From: Bacteroidota bacterium
GTDB lineage: Bacteria > Bacteroidota > Bacteroidia > Bacteroidales > F082
Reading direction: 5' to 3'
Assembly: GCA_003650365.1 (NCBI GenBank)
Contig: QMPA01000001.1
Location: 1 to 53,904 of the forward strand
Length of the DNA stretch: 53,904 nucleotides
Shown here: one piece after another, positions 20,377 to 28,595 of the stretch
How the letters are laid out: every line of letters starts with the position of its first letter
How positions within the stretch are numbered: position 1 is the stretch's first letter
Notes under the pieces: generated by a model
The model's database searches: none
The model's input: only the letters and a program-made list of their open reading frames with translations
What the model was told of the DNA's origin: nothing
Made by a program: the position numbers and the translations under genes

Positions 20377-21243
20377 ATGATGGTCAGAACAATAGCAGTA
20401 TCAACAGTAATCGGGTGCAAAAACTTATGCAGTTATTGCCCACAGGATAAGGTTGTGAAAGCGTATAGTAAAAGAAGTAAGGTCAGGACAATGAGCTTTG
20501 AAACTTTTGCAAAATGTATTGATAAATTACCAAAAGATACCACAATTAATTTTGCTGGCTTTTCTGAACCTTGTCTGAATCCGGAATACACAAAAATGAT
20601 TTTGTATGCAAATAAGAAAGGTCATAAAATCAGATTGTTGACAACAACTATCGGTATGAAATTAGCTGATGTTAATTTAATTGAGAATGTTCCTTTTTTA
20701 CGATTTCTTATTCATCTGCCCGATAATCAAAATAAGACAAAAATATTAGTAGATGATGATTTTATTAAAATCATAGAAAGACTGATTGACAGTAAAATAG
20801 AAGTAAATTGGAAATTCCATCAATCACCTAACGGAAAAGAAGACGTGCATCCAAAACTAAAACCATTATTGATAGAGGCGGGCATTTATAATTCATTGGT
20901 AAGGGCAGGTTTAAAAACCCGCGCAGGGAATGTTGAAATTGAAGGAAAAGCGTTTGTAGAAAAAATCAAAGGAAAAATTAGAGGTTGTCATTTATTATAT
21001 ACAAACCAGTTGTTACCCAATGGAGATGTTTTTATCTGCTGCATGGACTGGGAATTGAAATATTTTTTGGGTAATTTATTACACTCAGATTATGACTCCC
21101 TCTTTCAAAGCAATACATTCAAAGAAATTCTGAAAGGTTTTAAAGATGACAAATCCGAAATTTTATGCAGGTATTGTGAGCTTTGTGAAATACAGGAATC
21201 TTGGTGGGAGAAGATAAAGAATGTTAGGTCTTGGAGCGCCTAA
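20377..21243 (+). CDS. Small radical SAM protein with SPASM/twitch-like Cys-rich C-terminus
   Basis: CxxxCxxC in VIGCKNLCSYCPQ. C-terminal cysteines in GDVFICCMDWE and CRYCELC. The ORF-track start at 20341 is TTG. The first ATG is at 20377. Paralog of the split gene at 24517-25436. Confidence 0.8.
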   Translation: MMVRTIAVSTVIGCKNLCSYCPQDKVVKAYSKRSKVRTMSFETFAKCIDKLPKDTTINFAGFSEPCLNPEYTKMILYANKKGHKIRLLTTTIGMKLADVNLIENVPFLRFLIHLPDNQNKTKILVDDDFIKIIERLIDSKIEVNWKFHQSPNGKEDVHPKLKPLLIEAGIYNSLVRAGLKTRAGNVEIEGKAFVEKIKGKIRGCHLLYTNQLLPNGDVFICCMDWELKYFLGNLLHSDYDSLFQSNTFKEILKGFKDDKSEILCRYCELCEIQESWWEKIKNVRSWSA

Positions 21244-22409
21244 TTCAACGCCCTGTTTATTAGGTAGAATTTTTTAATCATTCGTTCAGCAACCTCTTGG
21301 ATTACAATGTCAGGTTGTTCCTTTATTATAATATTCGTATCCATTTTTGGGTCCCATATTAAGACATTTGAGCCAAAAGTTTCTGGTATTAGCGTTTGTA
21401 GTGCAGTAAAATATGAATCCCGAAATACTAAAACCTTCAATTCCCCTTTCCTGTTTCTAAAGCGGTATTCATAATTATTTGGGCTTGACGTGTTGTAGCC
21501 TGCTGGTACTTTGAGTTGCTTCTTCATTATTTTTGCATTTGACACAACAGGATATGCTGAAATTTTCGGAAAGGGTGATCTTCGGTTCAGAAATTTGGCC
21601 AAATCACCAGAGCCATTAAAAACACTGTCAAAAAATACTTCACGGTGGCTCAGTCCTGAAATGAAAGGGAAATCTTGCCCGATACTATCCATCAGTTGAA
21701 GATATGCTATCCATGCGCCATGTCCGTTCCAGTGAGTATCTTCTTTGTAGTATAGCTGTTTGGATTTGCCAGAGATGAGAGCTTCTCGGGAATCGACAAA
21801 AGGAATTTGAGTTAAGGCCAATGCTTCAGAAAGCATGTCATAAGTTGTAGGCTGATCTGGTTTGTCAAAGGGAAGATATTCGGAATAAATATCATGTTTG
21901 CCAGGAACAAGCATAAAATAATACTTGATGCCGCGCTGATTGCACCAGTTGTAATGACTTGTGATTGTACGTGTTATATTTTTTATTTGTTTCTTATTAA
22001 AGCGTTTTATGCCAAGACTTATTGAGAGGGCATTCTCAAAATCGTCACCTAAAAACAGCCATCCAATACGGCCTTTAATTACTTTATTTGGAAATGGATT
22101 TGTATTTAGGATATCTTCCTTAATGAATTGATACATTTTTAACAATTCCTTTTTTAACCCTATTTTGCGAATGTACCATTCATACAATACTTTAATGTTA
22201 TAGGTGGCATCCAGATAAACACCTTTGATTTTTCCTTTAACACCTTGCCCGTTGTAGATGTGTTTAAAGTTTAATACTGGGGGTTTGATAGGTTTTTTGT
22301 AACCAATTAATGTAGGCGCAAACGACCTGACAACCATATAACTAGTGGGAAGAAGGAATAACAAAGAAATGACGAATGTGAAAATTATATTTGCAATATA
22401 TTTCGGCAT
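21240..22409 (-). CDS. AlgX/AlgJ-like (SGNH-type) polysaccharide O-acetyltransferase, membrane anchored
   Basis: N-terminal TM anchor. YYKEDTHWNGHGAWIAY contains the DTHW-type motif of the AlgJ/AlgX family. Lies 3 nt downstream of the MBOAT gene. Its stop overlaps the convergent stop of 20377-21243. Confidence 0.7.
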   Translation of the reverse strand: MPKYIANIIFTFVISLLFLLPTSYMVVRSFAPTLIGYKKPIKPPVLNFKHIYNGQGVKGKIKGVYLDATYNIKVLYEWYIRKIGLKKELLKMYQFIKEDILNTNPFPNKVIKGRIGWLFLGDDFENALSISLGIKRFNKKQIKNITRTITSHYNWCNQRGIKYYFMLVPGKHDIYSEYLPFDKPDQPTTYDMLSEALALTQIPFVDSREALISGKSKQLYYKEDTHWNGHGAWIAYLQLMDSIGQDFPFISGLSHREVFFDSVFNGSGDLAKFLNRRSPFPKISAYPVVSNAKIMKKQLKVPAGYNTSSPNNYEYRFRNRKGELKVLVFRDSYFTALQTLIPETFGSNVLIWDPKMDTNIIIKEQPDIVIQEVAERMIKKFYLINRALN

Positions 22410-22411
22410 GA

Positions 22412-23851
22412 TTAAAATCTAAAGTAAATAAAAGGGTTATAGGCATCTGCCGAAAGATAGGAGACTGAAGCAATAAATAAGGCTGAATAGAAAATAATTT
22501 TCAAAATATTAATAGAAACAAAACTAAAAATGTTTCGCTCTTTTATTCTTGTCAGCCGGTTTTCGAGTAACGGATATACAGGCATACAGAGTATAATGGC
22601 TAATATGAAGAGCATCATAGTTTCGGTGTCAAAATGAAAATAGCTAATAAAGGAAACCATGGCTTGATCACCAGGTGAAAAGGAAAACATATAGTAATAG
22701 TATTTACCGGCATGGGCCAGGTCAGGAGATCGGAAAAGGACAAAAGAGAGTACCCAGGCCAGCATGGTATAAAAATGCTGAAGTGGAAGCCATGACGATT
22801 TTAGGATTTTGGAAAACCCAAGACGCTCAATAATAATTAAAGCTCCATTAAACAAACCCCAAATCACGAAATTCCAGCTTGCTCCATGCCAAAGTCCGGT
22901 AACAGCAAATACCACTACAAGGTTAAAATAGACCCTCGGTGTCGATCTTCTGTTGCCACCCAATGGAATATATAAATAATCCCTAAACCAGGTAGAAAGT
23001 GAGATATGCCACCGTCTCCACATTTCCCTGATTGATCTGGAAATATACGGGTAATTGAAATTTTCGAGAAACCTGAAGCCCAACATCCGCCCCAGGCCGA
23101 TCGCCATATCTGAATATCCCGAAAAATCAAAATACAATTGTAATACATAAGCAATAATACCGATCCACAAAATGCCTGGCGATAAATCAGCAGGAGATAC
23201 CATAAACACAGTATCAGCAAGTTCGGCAAAGGAATTGGCAATAAGCATCTTTTTTGCCAGCCCGATAATAAAACGTTGTAGCCCCAGGGTAAAATTTTCC
23301 AGGCTTATATTTTTCTTCTTCAACTGGCTGGCTATGTCGGCATAGCGTACTATGGGGCCTGCAACCAGTTGAGGGAACATCGTTACAAAGGCAGCGTAAT
23401 CAATAATGTTCCTGCTGGCTTTTACCCTACCCTTATAAACATCAATTGTGTACGACATAGTTTGAAAGGTGTAAAAACTGATGCCGATCGGAAGGATGAT
23501 TGTTGGAATATTAGCAAAGGACGGATGGTTAATCCCAAAAAAATTAAGGATAGCCTGGAAGTTTTCGAATGCAAAATTGAAGTATTTAAAAAAGCCTAGA
23601 AACGAAAGGTTCGTGAACACAGAAAGGAATAGGCCTAGTTTTCTATAGCCTTTTTCGATAAGATGACTATAGTAATAATCGGCCAGAGTGGTAACGATAA
23701 GTACAATTACGATCTCTTTTTCGCCCCATGTATAGAAAAAAAGGCTTGCCAACAGAAGAAAAAAGTTTTTTGCCCGCGAAGGCAATAGAAAATACAGGCC
23801 AAATACTAGTGGAAGAAAAAGAAAAAGAAAAATGACACTGCTAAATAGCAT
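22412..23851 (-). CDS. MBOAT family O-acyltransferase (AlgI/DltB-like)
   Basis: 479 aa and polytopic. FSGYSDMAIGLGRMLGF, NFNYPY, REMWRRWHISLSTWFRDYLYIPLGG (conserved His region). Confidence 0.9.
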   Translation of the reverse strand: MLFSSVIFLFLFLPLVFGLYFLLPSRAKNFFLLLASLFFYTWGEKEIVIVLIVTTLADYYYSHLIEKGYRKLGLFLSVFTNLSFLGFFKYFNFAFENFQAILNFFGINHPSFANIPTIILPIGISFYTFQTMSYTIDVYKGRVKASRNIIDYAAFVTMFPQLVAGPIVRYADIASQLKKKNISLENFTLGLQRFIIGLAKKMLIANSFAELADTVFMVSPADLSPGILWIGIIAYVLQLYFDFSGYSDMAIGLGRMLGFRFLENFNYPYISRSIREMWRRWHISLSTWFRDYLYIPLGGNRRSTPRVYFNLVVVFAVTGLWHGASWNFVIWGLFNGALIIIERLGFSKILKSSWLPLQHFYTMLAWVLSFVLFRSPDLAHAGKYYYYMFSFSPGDQAMVSFISYFHFDTETMMLFILAIILCMPVYPLLENRLTRIKERNIFSFVSINILKIIFYSALFIASVSYLSADAYNPFIYFRF

Positions 23852-23898
23852 GAATTTAATATTTAGATACTGAGCTTTGTAAAATCATAAAACTTTTT

Positions 23899-24513
23899 TC
23901 AGGAAATAGAGAACGTATTAAACATTTCAATGAAAGAGCTTAGTTTTTTCTTAAGTCTATTTTTAATCACCTCAATTTTTGACCGTTGTTTGTTTTCATG
24001 TGGTAGCGGAATATCGGGGCATTCAAAACCCAGAAACGAACTTAACTTCTCCCAGCCATCACCGTTCTCCCAACACATTGTCAATAATTTTTCAGGTTTG
24101 TTTTTGAAATAATCAGTCACATCTTTTATGTGTTTCTGATAATAATCTAGATGATGCTGTTTACGATCGTGCGGCATTGGGTATCCGTAAATGTATTTTC
24201 TGTAATCCGTTGGACCGGTATAATCCGCATGCCTGCAAAGGCTTTCAAACCAGGCTTCTGGAGTTTTTCTTATTGTTAAAATAAACTTACTGTCCGGGAA
24301 AAATTTATCAACTTCTTTGTAAATTAGTGGCCAGGGCCAATCTTCAAAACTGTCGAATTCTTCAATTCGATCAAAAATAGGATCAAATTCCTGTTTCTTG
24401 TAATTTTCGAAAGAAATACGGTCTAAACTGATGTGATTAAATCCAAAATATTTTAAACACGCTCCCAGTGTGGTTGTTCCTGTTCTATTTAATCCTATTC
24501 CGAATACTTTCAT
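23899..24513 (-). CDS. Sulfotransferase (Sulfotransfer_4-like)
   Basis: MKVFGIGLNRTGTTTLGACL and ILTIRKTPEAWFESL. Paralog of 25436-25966. Confidence 0.75.
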   Translation of the reverse strand: MKVFGIGLNRTGTTTLGACLKYFGFNHISLDRISFENYKKQEFDPIFDRIEEFDSFEDWPWPLIYKEVDKFFPDSKFILTIRKTPEAWFESLCRHADYTGPTDYRKYIYGYPMPHDRKQHHLDYYQKHIKDVTDYFKNKPEKLLTMCWENGDGWEKLSSFLGFECPDIPLPHENKQRSKIEVIKNRLKKKLSSFIEMFNTFSIS

Positions 24514-24516
24514 TCA

Positions 24517-25436
24517 TCAAAAGATTTTCTCTGCTATAGTAGCAATTGAATTCTTATTTCGGACATTAATCAAGCCTTTTTCCCAGGCAAATTCATTGGA
24601 TTTCATAAGAATGGATTTTACCTTTCTGGCAACCTGCTTTCCAAATGATAATGTTTCATCTTGAAATCCTGAAAAAATATAGCACTTTTTACAAAGATCA
24701 AACTCACGTCTTCCTCCGGGTTTTGTAACCTTATCAATTATTCCTCTATGCTTATCTGAACCCCAGATTTCAGCAATTGATTTATTAAACACATTGCCCA
24801 GCCCAAACGTACATTCATCATCTTGGCAACATAACGAAACTTCTCCATCATATCTGATTAGCAAAGCATTTAATTGCATAGTACATGCCTGATCCATTAT
24901 TCTGGGATCTTTATACTTTTTATCATACACTTTTGAGCCCTGTCGAATATTTGTGTATTCAAGAGGCAGTGAAAATGCAATTTTTGTTTTTTTGAACTGG
25001 CTTTCCAGAAAGCAATTTCTTTTTGTTTGCCTTTGTAAGTTGAATAATCATATAGTCCAATTGTAAATTCATCAACCAGGCCATCTAATTGTTTGCATAA
25101 GTCCGGATTAGTTTTTAAAATATCTCCATTGGTATGATCTACAACCAATAGACCTTTTGAACTAGCATACTTCACGAAGTCAAGATAGCGTGCGTCAACC
25201 AGGGGTTCCGAAAGTCGGTGAAAACGAATTTTACCCCGAAAACCCGCACTAGTCACTTCATCAATTATTGCCTTTACTTTTTCAGATGACATTTGTTTTC
25301 TAACCAGTTTCCCATCTTTATCTTTCCGGATACCTGATCGGTTATAATACCGCGGGCAAAATTCACAATCACGGTTGCAAATCGAGTTAATTTCGATCTC
25401 TATTATTTTAAACAACTCAAAGCTTTTCGTTTTCAT
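24517..25436 (-). pseudogene. Radical SAM/SPASM-like gene split by a 1-nt frameshift in an A7 (plus-strand T7) run
   Basis: The upstream ORF (25436-24897) has INSICNRDCEFCPR. The downstream ORF (24930-24517) has the Cys-rich tail SLCCQDDE..CKKC. Both frames are open across 24897-25020. One extra A in the run at 24987-24993 would fuse them (..FWKASSKK|TKIAFSLPLEYTNIRQGSKVYDKKY..) into a protein of ~310 aa, like the paralog at 20377. Confidence 0.7.
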
Positions 25437-25966
25437 TAATAAATTCCTTTATTAATATGTGGGAAATTCTTTTTTGGTATTTGTTTTCCCAGAAACGGGC
25501 AAATCTTTTCCCATCCTTCTCCGGTGGTCAGATCGATTAGCAGTAAATCGTTTGGCCTGTTTTTGAAATACTCTTTTACATCAGCATTATGCTTCTTGTA
25601 TACCCTGAGATAAAGTTCTTCATTCCCAGAAGGATACCCAATACCATAAATCCATTTTCGCATATCTGTACTTTCATTTCCAAAAAAATTCACAACACTT
25701 TTTATCCACTTTTCATCATCCCTAATTGTAAGTATAAACTTACTGCCTGGAAATTTCTTATCTAGTGTTTTGTACAATAATGGCCAGGGGTTATCTTGAA
25801 ATGCGTCATGCTCTTTTACAACTCTAGAAATAGCTTTATACTTTTTTCGTTTTATCGGTTCCAGTAAATCTTTTCGATAACCCGTGACTTTATACCCCAA
25901 CATTTCAAAGGAACTTTTTAAAGTTTTCGTGCCGGTTTTATGAAATCCTATTCCAAATATTTTCAT
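25436..25966 (-). CDS. Sulfotransferase (Sulfotransfer_4-like)
   Basis: MKIFGIGFHKTGTKTL and ILTIRDDEKWIKSV. The ATG at 25966 is preferred over the ORF-track start at 26023. The stop overlaps the radical SAM start (TAATG). Confidence 0.75.
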   Translation of the reverse strand: MKIFGIGFHKTGTKTLKSSFEMLGYKVTGYRKDLLEPIKRKKYKAISRVVKEHDAFQDNPWPLLYKTLDKKFPGSKFILTIRDDEKWIKSVVNFFGNESTDMRKWIYGIGYPSGNEELYLRVYKKHNADVKEYFKNRPNDLLLIDLTTGEGWEKICPFLGKQIPKKNFPHINKGIY

Positions 25967-26124
25967 GTATTTTAGAAGATATTTATTAACACATATTCCG
26001 TACAAATGTACCAAATAGGACAAATGTAATAATCATTAAAAACTAGTTCAGGTTTTAGTTCTATTTTTGGTTAATTAATAGAAGTCCCCTTAAATACGTT
26101 TTGTACATTTTAGTATTTCAATTC

Positions 26125-26952
26125 ATGATGTTAAGAATAACACAAAAGTTTTTGGTATTCGCTTTAATTACTTATCTGTTTGCTGCTTGCAATTCTGAAA
26201 ATAGACAAACACTTTCAGGCGAAAACGAGCAATTGAGCGGTCAGTTTTTCTTAGTAGGAAAAGGCACATATTTAAAAAAAACCACCTGCGACATAATAGA
26301 AAAATCAGGAATCCGGAAAGGTGGTCATGTCATTATCTTATCGATGGCGGAAAACAAACTCGATTCTTCAGCATTTTTTTTGCAAAAGCAATTTGGCGAA
26401 CAAGAGATTATGGCAGTGCATATTTTTGATTTTGCTGATCGTATTCAGAAAAAACCTTCACCAATTTCCCTTACGAATTCAGAAATTCTTGCTATTGAAA
26501 ATGCCAGTATTATTTGTATTCCTGATGGCAATAGAAATAGTTTTATGAAGCTGGCCAACAATACCCGCTTAAAAAAAGTGCTCCAAAATGCGAAAGCAAA
26601 GGGTGTTTTAATTGTCGGAATTGGAAGTGGAGCATCAGTTTTAGGAGACCATTACTATGCATATGTAAATGATACAGTCTTGAAAAGGTATAAAATAATA
26701 ATGAAACCGGGCCTGGACTTATTGAAAAACACAGTGATTGATAATATTGTATTTATAAGAAATTATAAGGAAGCGATCCAAAAAAACTCCAAAAATAAAA
26801 ATTTTGTTTTTGTTGGTCTTGCTGATACATCCTGCCTGTGGATAAAAGAGAGTAATGCCCGTGTTTTGAGAAAATCTAAAATAGTTTTCATTTTTCCCAA
26901 TAAGCCAATGAAAAAACTTGTTAAAGGCGATGAGCTTATAGGAGTATTTTAG
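26125..26952 (+). CDS. Lipoprotein, cyanophycinase/peptidase S51-like (class I glutamine-amidotransferase-like fold)
   Basis: Lipobox LITYLFAAC. GGHVIILSMAEN, ILAIENASIICIPDGNRNSFMKL and GVLIVGIGSGASVLG resemble the S51 layout. Paralog of 42156-42986. The ORF-track start at 26101 is TTG. Confidence 0.5.
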   Translation: MMLRITQKFLVFALITYLFAACNSENRQTLSGENEQLSGQFFLVGKGTYLKKTTCDIIEKSGIRKGGHVIILSMAENKLDSSAFFLQKQFGEQEIMAVHIFDFADRIQKKPSPISLTNSEILAIENASIICIPDGNRNSFMKLANNTRLKKVLQNAKAKGVLIVGIGSGASVLGDHYYAYVNDTVLKRYKIIMKPGLDLLKNTVIDNIVFIRNYKEAIQKNSKNKNFVFVGLADTSCLWIKESNARVLRKSKIVFIFPNKPMKKLVKGDELIGVF

Positions 26953-27018
26953 AGACAGATTGGAATTTATCCTTGACCATCCGGTCAGGCTTCAGCTCTT
27001 CAAAGGTCTCTGTTTTTT
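26951..27018 (+). terminator. Possible compound hairpin terminator
   Basis: AGAGAC (26951-56) pairs with GTCTCT (27006-11), followed by GTTTTTT. An inner hairpin CCTTGACC/GGTCAGG sits between them. Overlaps the gene stop at 26952. Confidence 0.4.
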
Positions 27019-27181
27019 AATTTCTTTGGCTTAAACTTTATTACCGGTTTCTACCTCTATTCTGAATGAGTTCAGAGCTTTGATTTTGTACCGAATTATA
27101 TTCGAAAAAACTATCCTAGTTTTTCTTCTTTCATGATTCTTATGATTACTTTTACCAGCTATCTTTCTAAAATAGAAAACA

Positions 27182-28564
27182 ATGAAAAAGATACATTTAA
27201 TATTTATTGTCTTGCTAACTATAGGCACAAGCTTAAATGCCCAATGGTATGAACTGGTAACACCGACAATTAATTACGAGATAAAAAGTAATAGCTTTAT
27301 TGATCTTGAAATTAACCTTGATGGAGATCCTTATTTACTGTACAACAGTGTAGTGCCTGACGAGGGTAATAAACTATTTGTTCAGAAATATGATATAGAA
27401 AATGAAGAATGGAGTTTACTCGGAGGTGATTATGTTAACGAATTAAATGCTTCAGATAATCATCTGGCCATCGATTCGAAAGGGGTTGTTTATGTTGCAT
27501 TTTTAAAACTGGGTGTTTATAAAAGAGGTTCCTGGTGTACGGTTATGAAGTTTGACGGAACAGACTGGGTTCAAATCGGTGATTGGAATGCAGGTATTAT
27601 TATGTCGGATGTTACAATGTACTGTGATAATCAGGACGATGTTTATGTTTCTTATTATGATGTAGATACCTATTCGAGGCCAATAGTGAAAAGATACCTT
27701 GGTACTGAAAGTGAATGGGAAACCGTAGGAAACTCTACTTTTGTTGAAGCTGGCCAGTGTCTGGGCCCTGCCCTAACAACCGATAACGATGGCAATGTAC
27801 TGGTTTCCTTTGGTGGTGATAATTTCGGTGGCGGGCTTCCGCTTAATGTAGTAAGGTTCAGTGGAGCTGAATGGGAATATGTAGGTGGCAATGGCATTTG
27901 GGACGAACCCAATTATCCTACTACTGTTATTGTGGGTAAAAATAATGTGATTCATACAACCACAACCGATTTCTGGTCGTTAACAAGTACGGTACTTAAT
28001 TATCAAAATGATGCATGGCAGAACCAGTTTGTTGGTATCGATTCATGGTATATGCCATTTGCAAAGTATAACGATGATGTTTATATGGGATATATTGATC
28101 GCAATATTAATGAAAGAGTAAAAGTGAAAAAAGTTGATCATTCAGGAAATTGGTCTGACATTACAGATCAACCTGGTCCATATTACACAACACCGGTTAT
28201 TCCGAGAACTTATTTTGATTTAGAAGTAGATAGCGAAGGAAACCTTTACATTGCAATGCTAAAAGGTGACCAATGGAATAATCATGTTTCTGTACTTAAA
28301 TTGGATGTTATCACCGGGATTGCTGAACCTCAAGATAAAACAATCACAATCTATCCAAACCCAACAAGTGGGATAATTCATATAAATAAATCGCCAGGTG
28401 AACAAATACAAAACGTTTTGATAGTGGATGTTTCCGGGAAACTTGTATTTCAGCAGAATAGTCCCCCGCAAACACTCGATTTGTCGGACCTGAAAAAGGG
28501 AATTTATTTTATTAGGATAAATACCTCAAAGAATAACTATATCGAAAAATTGCTTATTCGTTAG
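27182..28564 (+). CDS. Secreted protein with T9SS type-A C-terminal sorting domain (paralog)
   Basis: Signal peptide MKKIHLIFIVLLTIGTSLNAQ. C-terminal ITIYPNPTSGIIHI...GIYFIRINTSKNNYIEKLLIR. Collinear with 18948-20321 along its whole length. Confidence 0.8.
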   Translation: MKKIHLIFIVLLTIGTSLNAQWYELVTPTINYEIKSNSFIDLEINLDGDPYLLYNSVVPDEGNKLFVQKYDIENEEWSLLGGDYVNELNASDNHLAIDSKGVVYVAFLKLGVYKRGSWCTVMKFDGTDWVQIGDWNAGIIMSDVTMYCDNQDDVYVSYYDVDTYSRPIVKRYLGTESEWETVGNSTFVEAGQCLGPALTTDNDGNVLVSFGGDNFGGGLPLNVVRFSGAEWEYVGGNGIWDEPNYPTTVIVGKNNVIHTTTTDFWSLTSTVLNYQNDAWQNQFVGIDSWYMPFAKYNDDVYMGYIDRNINERVKVKKVDHSGNWSDITDQPGPYYTTPVIPRTYFDLEVDSEGNLYIAMLKGDQWNNHVSVLKLDVITGIAEPQDKTITIYPNPTSGIIHINKSPGEQIQNVLIVDVSGKLVFQQNSPPQTLDLSDLKKGIYFIRINTSKNNYIEKLLIR

Positions 28565-28595
28565 TCATAATTTTGGGGGATTTTGGCTGCTTGAA

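Noticed and set aside
20377-25436. Radical SAM/SPASM genes as anaerobic sulfatase-maturating enzymes
   Set aside because: They are about 290-310 aa rather than the larger anSME size, and they sit next to sulfotransferases. No sulfatase gene is in the window.
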